From IMG/VR virus record IMGVR_UViG_3300036766_000194, positions 62,001 through 126,000 of that record: 64,000 nucleotides of DNA; one strand, 5' to 3'. The translations under genes and the position numbers were made by a program. Of the stretch, positions 19,221 to 27,383 are shown one piece after another; position 1 is the stretch's first letter, and each line of letters starts with the position of its first letter. The notes under the pieces are model-generated. The model saw only the letters and a program-made list of their open reading frames with translations, searched no databases and was not told the origin of the DNA.

Positions 19221-19823
19221 CTATACAATGAAGTAATTAGTTCCATTCCATTCTAGGTCAAGTGACTGATATTGTAGGGATAGCTGAACACTTGCTTGTC
19301 CGTCAATTGTCCCTGTAACTCCAGCGATTGTTACTACACCAGTGTTGATATTTTTAATCCTGAATGTTTGACCCAGATAAGATGTATCAGGAACAGTAAG
19401 AGCTACTGCTGTGGTAGAGTTTACAAAGATAAGAAAATCTGTAACCAGGACAGTGTAGTTAGAAGTAACCGTAGTAACGGATATCGCCCCAGTACCACTG
19501 GGTATAACGGAAGGATCCAATAGTCCAGAGGAACTTAAAGTTACAATTTTTCCTGCGTCACTAGAACCCGTACTGACAGAAATGACATCGGAAGGAATTT
19601 CTTGAACAGGACCAATAGGTTTTCTTTGGATTTGTATTGTTTGATACCCCACCAGTTTCCAAGTTATGGAATTATCTGGAGTGGTTGTTCCTAGCGTAGT
19701 TGCCCAAGTGGGAGAAGTGAGTCCAGAGGCTCCCGCTACAATGACCTGTTGTAGGTTGCCATTGTTATCTACGACGCGGGTGTTTAAGGTGTAGACTGTA
19801 CTGGATTGCCAGAATGATGGCAT
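19221..19823 (-). CDS. Putative virion protein with N-terminal carbohydrate-binding-like motif
   Basis: WQ..T.Y......V.....G.SG...P.W....G.T..D..ITW pattern typical of phage structural proteins. Confidence 0.6.
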   Translation of the reverse strand: MPSFWQSSTVYTLNTRVVDNNGNLQQVIVAGASGLTSPTWATTLGTTTPDNSITWKLVGYQTIQIQRKPIGPVQEIPSDVISVSTGSSDAGKIVTLSSSGLLDPSVIPSGTGAISVTTVTSNYTVLVTDFLIFVNSTTAVALTVPDTSYLGQTFRIKNINTGVVTIAGVTGTIDGQASVQLSLQYQSLDLEWNGTNYFIV

Positions 19824-19854
19824 TGCTCTTCCCTCAAAAAGGAAGAGGAAGTTA

Positions 19855-20133
19855 TTATTCTGTCTCTCGGTGATTAGGATAATTGGGATAGCGATTCTTC
19901 AGGGCCCAAACGTACATCCAGCCAGCAACACATCCAATAGACAGATGAGCTAGACCCATTTTCAAATAGTGTTGGAGTTCTTCTGTCTCCATAGGACCTT
20001 CATTAGTCATGATGAAGAGTAAATTTAAGAATCCAGACAGCAGGCAGAATACAGACAAACTTAGAGTAATAAATCGTTGGATTTGAAAATTGAGAACGTC
20101 AACAACGGATTTGAACCTCTTCCATCTACTCAT
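19855..20133 (-). CDS. Small membrane protein
   Basis: Two hydrophobic segments; overlaps the upstream stop. Confidence 0.55.
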   Translation of the reverse strand: MSRWKRFKSVVDVLNFQIQRFITLSLSVFCLLSGFLNLLFIMTNEGPMETEELQHYLKMGLAHLSIGCVAGWMYVWALKNRYPNYPNHRETE

Positions 20134-21151
20134 CCCAATGATTCCATTCTATGCGACTACGCATCCAATGTCCGTGCGTTTGTACGTGATCTTTTCGAAC
20201 ATACTTGCCCACTCGGGTAGAAAATTCTTTTAAGTGAAATGACCCCGCAGGCCGCACAACGTAACCTTCCCACTTGTCAGAATTGAGGGAATATTGTTCT
20301 AGTATTTCGGGTGAAAAGTCTTCCCATTTCTTTCCATACCATCTTACCGGAACGGTTTGTAGACCGAGGAGTCCCGCATAATCTACTGTATCTTTCCAAG
20401 GGAGACAAGTCAAACCGTCCCAAATACTGAATACAAGAAAGAACGAAGGCAAATTCGAATAATATATGCTATGTTTGGCGGTAAGATTTTCACCACAAAT
20501 ACGCCAATTATTAGGAATGTCATGAGCAATACTAGCATGTAATGCTTTGACACGATCTCTTGATGAGTGCGCTTCATAATCCAGAGACCGAGCATGCATA
20601 TAGTCCCTGTACATGGTGGTATTTTCACCGTCCATTTTTTCGGTGACAACTACTTCGGTACCATTCCAGGTGTCTAAGATTTCTTCAGACAATTCTCGGT
20701 CGTCTTCCTTCATTCCGGGGGACCAAGGAAAATGCCAAGTACGAGGATATTTTACACGATTAAGAAACAAATGTCGTACAGGTTCAAGAACTTTCTGCAC
20801 AGATTCATCGTCATAAAGTTCTCCCTTCAAGCGTAAGCCATTTGTTAAGACAGGGTTGCCCCACTTGTCATAGGGCTGGTCCGGATAAAGATGTGGGGGT
20901 AGAATGGTGTTTTTAATTCCAGCTACGGCGCGAATTTCATCGGTTGCTAAGTCTGTTGCTTCAGCTGCTAGATGACATTTGCCACAGAGAGTTGCTCCGT
21001 TTTCAGAGTAATATCCCCCATCAGGGAATAGTCTACGTTCCATAATATGATGAGCATCTTGCCCCGGCTGGCCGCAAACCACACATTTGTGATTATCCCT
21101 CGCGAAGACTCCTTCGCGGAACTGATCACGTGTTAGGAGGCCTAATCCCAT
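20126..21151 (-). CDS. HNH nuclease-RNA ligase fusion
   Basis: RD.HKCVVC...AHHI....NGATLC..CH (HNH); KYPRT.H.PWSPG, TEKMDGEN (motif I), GEN and EGYVVR (ligase). Confidence 0.85.
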   Translation of the reverse strand: MGLGLLTRDQFREGVFARDNHKCVVCGQPGQDAHHIMERRLFPDGGYYSENGATLCGKCHLAAEATDLATDEIRAVAGIKNTILPPHLYPDQPYDKWGNPVLTNGLRLKGELYDDESVQKVLEPVRHLFLNRVKYPRTWHFPWSPGMKEDDRELSEEILDTWNGTEVVVTEKMDGENTTMYRDYMHARSLDYEAHSSRDRVKALHASIAHDIPNNWRICGENLTAKHSIYYSNLPSFFLVFSIWDGLTCLPWKDTVDYAGLLGLQTVPVRWYGKKWEDFSPEILEQYSLNSDKWEGYVVRPAGSFHLKEFSTRVGKYVRKDHVQTHGHWMRSRIEWNHWDE

Positions 21152-21378
21152 ACCTTTACATACTCTGCTATCTTGTCGTCTTTGTGCGGGTCGTCCTGGT
21201 CAATAAACATCTGGCAACTACACAAGTTAAAATCAAATTCGCACTCTTGAAAAACTGTAGAACTTTCTAGGTATTTTCTTGTTTCTTCGGGCCAAACCAG
21301 ACTGGCATGATGATTCCAATTTGTGTGACCACAAACACAAACCTTACTGTACACCTGCTTCGTTTCCAAAGTTTTCAT
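21142..21378 (-). CDS. Cys/His-rich hypothetical protein
   Basis: CVCGH..WNH..C..C.C pattern. Confidence 0.6.
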   Translation of the reverse strand: MKTLETKQVYSKVCVCGHTNWNHHASLVWPEETRKYLESSTVFQECEFDFNLCSCQMFIDQDDPHKDDKIAEYVKVWD

Positions 21379-21495
21379 GAGTTATATACCCGTCAGGCCA
21401 CACAATAGAAAGAGGAATTTTCATCTTCCGTGTGTAGCGAATTGTCGTCCATGTACCGCTGCGTAACTCTTCACTAATACCTGCCGGGGCAGAGA

Positions 21496-21861
21496 TCATA
21501 CGTGTTGCTGAATTGACAATATCTTTATCTCTTTTGTGGTAGAGAGAATGGTAAATTTTTGGGGAACGAGTTTGTTAATAAAGTCAACATATTCTAAGGG
21601 AGCCTCAGCATTCAGATAAGGACGAGGCTTACAGAAGAAACGATTACGAGTATTTGTAGGCGGGTGTACCACTGTGTTAAAACCCAACATCCACGCGGTC
21701 TCATTTATTTGAGCAGCACCTACACAATCTCCATGATGGAATTCTCCTCTATCAAAAGCGTTAAAAGAAGACTCCAATATGTCTTGTAATAGTCTACGCA
21801 CGGAGATTTTTGTTCTGGGGTCATTCCTATCAACTCTTAATTTTAAGGAATAATTTCTCAT
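21496..21861 (-). pseudogene. Decayed DprA/Smf-like Rossmann-fold phage gene (EFHHGDCVGA family)
   Basis: Recognisable HHGDCVGA..HPP..PYL, but the expected GMTPEQ lies in another frame (5-T run at 21807-21811) and expected downstream segments are missing. Confidence 0.5.
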
Positions 21862-22661
21862 TTCATATCTCTGTTAATAACGAGTTGGTCCGCTGTGCAC
21901 GAAGTAGCCTTTTTATCGTCACGTTTTCGCAACATAACAGGTTGGACAATGTGAAGATTTTTAGTTGAATAAAGGTATTGTACTTCCACAACATCACCCG
22001 GACGCACTCTTGTTCTTCCAATAAGACTTACACCACTCACCCGGTGTAACCTATCCCTATTGAATACTCCAATTTCAACACTGTTTTTCCCTTCCGCAGA
22101 AGGTCCAATAACTACAAAGTCGGCAGACTTCCAAAATTTCCACTTATAGTGCTGTCCCGCCCGTCCTTCCTTGTATACAGCATACTTATTCTTGAAGACG
22201 ACTCCCTCGGCATTTTCCGCATGTAGCTTTTTAATGAGGGCAAGTTTTTCCTTATAGGTCCATGCAGTCTTGAGAACATTGACCATAGGATGAAAATTAC
22301 CGAATTCCTCATGAAGACGTTCTTCGCGGTAGCGGTATTCTTCCGGTGCCAGAGCTTCATTGTTAAGGATAAGGGCGTCAAACCCGCTGTAAAAGGGGGA
22401 AAGTACGGTTCCTTCCAATTCACCATCAATGACAAAACGAGGGAGAGGATGATTCAAAAGAACAGAGACTAATTTACGAGGAAGATCTCTTTTTTCGCCT
22501 TCACGGTTGAAACAGAATACAGAACTTTTTTCGCGAACGATTACACGCCGCTTTCCATTACGTTTTTCCTGCGCTCCAAAACTACCATTACCCAACAATT
22601 TAGTGGCGACTTCATTCAGAGTCACCGCCGTTAAAAGTTCCGCTTTGAATTGAAAGTCCAT
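21858..22661 (-). CDS. Compact ATP-dependent DNA ligase
   Basis: QEKRNGKR (motif I), IDGEL, FDAL, EGVVFK and KWKF, followed by an OB-fold. Start placed at MDFQ; an in-frame GTG at 22751 is also possible. Confidence 0.8.
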   Translation of the reverse strand: MDFQFKAELLTAVTLNEVATKLLGNGSFGAQEKRNGKRRVIVREKSSVFCFNREGEKRDLPRKLVSVLLNHPLPRFVIDGELEGTVLSPFYSGFDALILNNEALAPEEYRYREERLHEEFGNFHPMVNVLKTAWTYKEKLALIKKLHAENAEGVVFKNKYAVYKEGRAGQHYKWKFWKSADFVVIGPSAEGKNSVEIGVFNRDRLHRVSGVSLIGRTRVRPGDVVEVQYLYSTKNLHIVQPVMLRKRDDKKATSCTADQLVINRDMK

Positions 22662-22832
22662 AAAAAGTGTTAGAGATTCGGGCCACAACGGGGCAGCTTC
22701 AATCTCTATGAATATTCTACTTGATAGGACCAGAAAAAGGTTAGCGATCACGTTTGACGATAAAGCCTAATAGGAATGCCCAGATTACGACGATGCCAGT
22801 TCCTATTTTCGCCACATGTTACATGGCGGGAA

Positions 22833-23099
22833 TTAAATTCTTGATAAGATTATATCTAGTAATTTTTCTTCATTCCATCGGATAAGAACAGCCGTGTCAC
22901 TGAAGTCGGGAATGAAGTCCTGTTGAACAACTCCGTCACCCAAGGAAGTGAATTTGTCATAGAGAGTGAGATGACGTTTGACCATGATGCGTCTGATAAG
23001 TTCCCTACGACGCTCCAGATTGCTAGGAGACAGAAGAAACTTGTATTCTCGTACCTTGTCACCGTCAACAAGTCGGCGGTAGTAAACAGGAACTTTCAT
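22833..23099 (-). CDS. Hypothetical protein
   Basis: GGAGGAGG RBS before ATG at 23099. Confidence 0.65.
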   Translation of the reverse strand: MKVPVYYRRLVDGDKVREYKFLLSPSNLERRRELIRRIMVKRHLTLYDKFTSLGDGVVQQDFIPDFSDTAVLIRWNEEKLLDIILSRI

Positions 23100-23125
23100 T
23101 GTGCTTCCTCCTCCACAAGTAGTGA

Positions 23126-24007
23126 TTATAGAAAGATTAAATTGCCTTCCCGATGAGTAACAATACCGTCGGACAGCATACTCTTCCATCCTTCAGCACT
23201 GGCTGTTGCGTTGCCAAAAGTGGTAGCATTGGTTGCCGCCCATTCGCATAGGGCATCCAAAGTACGAAATACCGGGCTAATAGGAGATCCTTTAGTGGTT
23301 TGCCAAAGTTGGAACCCCCTCCCCCGAGGAGGTTCCGTTGGCTGCCAGGAATTCGCCTTACGTTTGTAATAGGTAGACTTCCAAATTTGTCCGCTTCCCT
23401 TACAGCTGGGACAACTTAGATTCTTTACGCCTTCCCTTTTGGCTCGTGCTTTTACACAAGTCCATTGATTGACACTGTCATGCCCGAAACCTGTTAGGCT
23501 CCAGTCATTTACTTCTTGAGGAGTAGGAATATAACCGTTGTCAAAGGGCAACCAAGAATTTCCTCCTTCGGCTCTCTTCTTACGGATGATCTCTTTGTGT
23601 TCTTCGGTAAGGGGAATACGAGTGAATTCCCAAAGACGATCTGCTTTAAGCAAAGCATCCACGTCTTCCTTGCTTAGATGATGACACCAACTAGAATTAA
23701 ATAGAGTAGCAAGACGCTGAGATTCTTCGTCAATCGTAATCCAAGTTGATTCAAGCCAATTGTTAGTTGCCAGATTACGAATAATCTTGTGATTACTAGA
23801 AAAAGGGCTACTCCCTGTGGAAGAAAGATCAAAAGGAGCACTTCCGTACCATTGATCATTGAGAACTTTGATTTCAGGATTACATCCCAATCCATCACAA
23901 GCATCACACTGCTTCATATAGGTGAGATAAGGGTTTACATACCCTTTCCAGGTTTCCTTTAGAGGAGTATTGAATTTCAACGGCACTCGTTTCAATTCGC
24001 GTCCCAT
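23126..24007 (-). CDS. Phage hypothetical protein with CxxC motifs
   Basis: MGRELKRVP...CDACDG...CPSCKGSG...FQLWQTT..GSPISPVF. Confidence 0.75.
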   Translation of the reverse strand: MGRELKRVPLKFNTPLKETWKGYVNPYLTYMKQCDACDGLGCNPEIKVLNDQWYGSAPFDLSSTGSSPFSSNHKIIRNLATNNWLESTWITIDEESQRLATLFNSSWCHHLSKEDVDALLKADRLWEFTRIPLTEEHKEIIRKKRAEGGNSWLPFDNGYIPTPQEVNDWSLTGFGHDSVNQWTCVKARAKREGVKNLSCPSCKGSGQIWKSTYYKRKANSWQPTEPPRGRGFQLWQTTKGSPISPVFRTLDALCEWAATNATTFGNATASAEGWKSMLSDGIVTHREGNLIFL

Positions 24008-24010
24008 AAC

Positions 24011-24457
24011 TTATCCTTTCAGCAAGGGAAGATAGTCGGTGATCCCGACCACGTCTTCCGGGAGTACAGGATGGGTGGCAATAGCGGTGATAACTCTTCC
24101 CGGTCCGTATTCCGGGTTGTCATCCATGAAGTATTCAACCTTGATGTCCGCTTCCTGTAAAAGATCGTACACATGGGCAAGTTCCAGACTGTCACGGCAC
24201 TGAAGAACAATCGTGGTGATAGGTTCCCAGGCTTGTTCCAGATTTTTCTTGTTCTTGGAAAAAGTCATATCCAGCGCCATATTGACGCGGACCTTGCTAA
24301 CCACGTGAGCAACTTGGGCAACCTGGCGTCCCAGGGGCTGAACAGTAGTCTTACTTTCCGGAGTAAGACGAATGAATCCTTCTTCAGTAACCTTAACAGG
24401 ATTCTGAACGGTGCTCGCCACAACAACGTAGATGCGATGTTTGTCGTATTTATTCAT
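24011..24457 (-). CDS. Peptidyl-tRNA hydrolase, PTH2 family
   Basis: GRQVAQVAH, TIVL and (F)MDD.PE....T..A pattern. Confidence 0.7.
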   Translation of the reverse strand: MNKYDKHRIYVVVASTVQNPVKVTEEGFIRLTPESKTTVQPLGRQVAQVAHVVSKVRVNMALDMTFSKNKKNLEQAWEPITTIVLQCRDSLELAHVYDLLQEADIKVEYFMDDNPEYGPGRVITAIATHPVLPEDVVGITDYLPLLKG

Positions 24458-24761
24458 AGAAAATTACCTCCGAGGAAATCTTTACTGCCATGATCTGAGT
24501 CTGTTTGTAGTGTTCTTTTGTAATCTTTAAAATCTCTTCAAGTTGTTCGCGAGTACAGGAAACACGAACGGGGATCATTTGTTCTTCATACAACTGCCAC
24601 CCGTCTTCCTTGTTAACCCACTGACCTTTAGCGACAGTATGAATGGTCAGTCCTCCAGTGATAGCACGAATCTTAGCATCCCAAATACGATGATAGTCTT
24701 TACTGAAAGGTTCATCATGTTCGCTTGCTGGAATTAAGATTTCCCACAGTTCTTGTGTCAT
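24450..24761 (-). CDS. Phage hypothetical protein
   Basis: AGGAG RBS; LWEILIP...WD.KIR.ITGGLTI....KGQW...E.MIPVR. Confidence 0.7.
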   Translation of the reverse strand: MTQELWEILIPASEHDEPFSKDYHRIWDAKIRAITGGLTIHTVAKGQWVNKEDGWQLYEEQMIPVRVSCTREQLEEILKITKEHYKQTQIMAVKISSEVIFYE

Positions 24762-24870
24762 ACTACTCCTGGTCCGAGTTTCAAATTCCAAAAGTTTAAT
24801 CGTCGCTCCAGCTTCGTAACGAGAAACGATTCATGATTTGATACTTCATTTTTCCTCCCTACATCTGCCT

Positions 24871-24910
24871 ATAAAAGAGGGAGGGGTCAAGGACTGAGCC
24901 TTGACCCCCT
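24871..24910 (-). terminator. Rho-independent terminator downstream of ku
   Basis: Stem GGGGTCAAGG-loop-CCTTGACCCC followed by CTTTTAT on the minus strand. Confidence 0.7.
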
Positions 24911-24959
24911 GGTGGCGCTGGTAGGGGTCTTGGAGGAACGCTACGCGCCACCAAACTTG

Positions 24960-25815
24960 TTATGCCGCCTTACGCTTGGCCCTGGCGACGGAGTTCATAA
25001 GAGCCACCATCACATCGGTGGTATCTTCCACGGTGGTTTCAGTACTGGGCATTCTCGTTGAACTCTTCGGTCATCGCTTCGATTAACTGTTCGGCAAGTT
25101 CCGCTTCCTGTACATTCGCAGCAGGAAGATCGTTAGTCTTGTCGAAGGCACGAACTTCGTACCCAAAAAGCAAGTCACTGGCGACGATGGTGGTGGTGTT
25201 GAAGGGGCGCAAAATCAGCCACTGTTCACGACCGCGAGTACTACGCTTTGCCAGCGCCACGGTACTGGTTCCCAACATTCCCTCCAGAAGAAGAGCGTAG
25301 CCGCGCTGAGAGTCAGCCTTGGACTTTTTGTTCTCTCCCTCCGTGCCCAGGAACTCGGTCTTGCCAAAGTAGATGGGGTCAATCTCGTTAGACTTAACGA
25401 AGCGAACGATTTCCAAAATCTTGTCGTTGGCAGGCTCACACGCTTCCAGTTCTTCCCTGGACTGTTCGTCCTTTTCAACGTTCGTATCGCAATGCTCACA
25501 CCATTGGTTACTAAAACGAACTTGTCTCCTTCGTACTGAAAACCCCATCGCACCCTGCTTCAAACGAGTGCCGCAAGAAGTGTGAACGGTATTGAACTCC
25601 ACCTTGCCTTCCTTGATGGCGGTGTAGGTACCGACCGGGAAGGTCAGACCACCGAATTCCAGAGTACCCTTCCAGCCAACGCGAACGGCGAAGGTCTTCT
25701 CAGCAGGAGAGAAGGCTTCCACAACAACCTGGGGCTTGGTGTTCAGTGCGGCGGACAACGTGACAATCTTATCTTCTTTACTAACTTCAACTTTCACGGT
25801 TTTGGTTTTTGCCAT
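24960..25815 (-). pseudogene. ku: Ku (NHEJ) protein gene with an internal block swap and a frameshifted C-terminus
   Basis: WKGTLEFGGLTFPV.TY, EIDPIYF, and GY.LL...M....VA.......R. The GFQYEGDKFVLVT segment is displaced and out of frame; the Ku-like tail DVMVALMNSV..KRKAA is in another frame after a TGA at 25039. Confidence 0.85.
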
Positions 25816-25844
25816 GGCAACGTTCCTCCACAAGTATTCTACTG
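25813..25844 (-). promoter_or_regulatory. Promoter-RBS cassette CAGTAGAATA-N3-GTGGAGGAACGTTGC before ku
   Basis: Shared with the cassette in front of rIIA. Confidence 0.65.
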
Positions 25845-25861
25845 GCTGTTTTTCAAAAAAG

Positions 25862-26113
25862 TTAATCGATATCGAATTCGATTACTTCCCAGTCTCCGTA
25901 CACCAACATGGTGCCTTTCATTGTGGGATAATCAAAAGCGCAGAGGTTAAAAGGCTCTTTTACTCCCCTCTGCATATTTTTACAACCCATGATGCCTGGC
26001 TGTTGCAAAGCATAAGCAATGGCAGCATGTTTATGGGTAGTGATGCCAACGATTTTCATAGGGCCGCGTCCCTCGGTCATATCTGCGTTTGCCCTAATCA
26101 TATAGATTAGCAT
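25862..26113 (-). CDS. Hypothetical protein
   Basis: IR.N.DMTEGRGPM motif, 83 aa. Confidence 0.65.
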   Translation of the reverse strand: MLIYMIRANADMTEGRGPMKIVGITTHKHAAIAYALQQPGIMGCKNMQRGVKEPFNLCAFDYPTMKGTMLVYGDWEVIEFDID

Positions 26114-26231
26114 GCTATCATTGCCAACTAAACCACTTCACCCAATGAATTCTATCACGAATACACCGAACCATGTTTTCAAATCATACCATCTCCAAAA
26201 GAAAAGGCCCAGTATTATCTGGGCCTATGTT

Positions 26232-27383
26232 TTACTCTTCAGACTCACGATTACGCCGAACCTTGATAAGTTCAATGGCTTCGATGTAGCGGTCTACGGT
26301 GGTCTGGCGCAGGCTGTTGGAACGTTCGGCTGCCCATACTGCCTTGTAACTCAGATCCAGTTCCTCAGAGATTTCTTTGAGGCTGATGCCTGCCTGTTCG
26401 CGAATCACGCGGAGCGTGTTCTGGAACAGTTTAGACTGTTCAGCCGGGGAAAGCGGATGAGGGAGACGATTCCAAAACTTGGCAAGTTGCCCATAGTTCC
26501 ATTTGCGGATGCTCTTGTCACGCCACTTACCACGATAGATGGCACGCTTCACGGTCTTGTGGTTAAGGATGTTTTCCAGGAGCGTCTTGCGCTCCTTGGC
26601 AACCGGAACCACACTGACCAGCATGGACGGATGATCCAGACTTCCGTCAAAACCATTACGGTTGTCTGAGATTTCCTTGACTACTTCGTAACGCCAAGTG
26701 CGACCCTTAGCAAAGTTGTAGTCCGGAGGAATGCTCACGACGTCCTTGGGGTTAATCTTAACCTGCATCAACCGCCCCCCGCTACCATACGTGCTGCTCA
26801 GGTAGCTCACTGAACAAAAATGGAACCCCCGCGAACAGGTTTCTTGACGATTAGAGTCAACATCCGAACGTTTCATTACCAGGACTTGACCGGGGCTGTT
26901 GTCGAACTTGCTCGTGTGGCAATCGGTGTAATCCTGATTGACCATCTTATAGGCCATAAAACAGCCATCATCCGTGATAGGAAGATCGTTCTTGCTTAGG
27001 AAGTCAAAGAGTTCACTGATAGCCTGGTCACTCGGGTTGCTGTAGAGGTTATCCATGAACTTGAGCATATAGTCCATTGGATAATTTTCCTTGAGCATAT
27101 AGGTGATGCGGCGGGTCAAACTGCTGTCAACCTCGCGGCTCTTGTAATAGACTCCCCCGCGATTGACGGTAACAGCGCCGTGACTCTTGTTAGAGACCAC
27201 TGCCGCTATGGTGACCAAATGGGGAACCTTACTCCAACGCTTGGCAATCAGGGCCGAACGCAGTTCTTCAAACGTGGGATGGGTCTCGTTCAAACTGAAC
27301 GGGCGACCGTCCACCACCAAGCTGATATAGGTATCGTTCACCGTGAAGGGATAGGGTGCTTTCTTTGTTTTGGTTGCGCTCAT
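26232..27383 (-). CDS. rIIB: rIIB-like protein with C-terminal XRE-type HTH
   Basis: ELFDFL....LPITDDG.F.AYK, DN.PGQ...M.R..VD....TCS.GFH; C-terminal LR.IRE.AGISLKEISEEL.LS...V..AE. Confidence 0.85.
   Translation of the reverse strand: MSATKTKKAPYPFTVNDTYISLVVDGRPFSLNETHPTFEELRSALIAKRWSKVPHLVTIAAVVSNKSHGAVTVNRGGVYYKSREVDSSLTRRITYMLKENYPMDYMLKFMDNLYSNPSDQAISELFDFLSKNDLPITDDGCFMAYKMVNQDYTDCHTSKFDNSPGQVLVMKRSDVDSNRQETCSRGFHFCSVSYLSSTYGSGGRLMQVKINPKDVVSIPPDYNFAKGRTWRYEVVKEISDNRNGFDGSLDHPSMLVSVVPVAKERKTLLENILNHKTVKRAIYRGKWRDKSIRKWNYGQLAKFWNRLPHPLSPAEQSKLFQNTLRVIREQAGISLKEISEELDLSYKAVWAAERSNSLRQTTVDRYIEAIELIKVRRNRESEE

Noticed and set aside
26112-26669. 185-aa plus-strand ORF
   Set aside because: Antisense shadow of the rIIB C-terminus.
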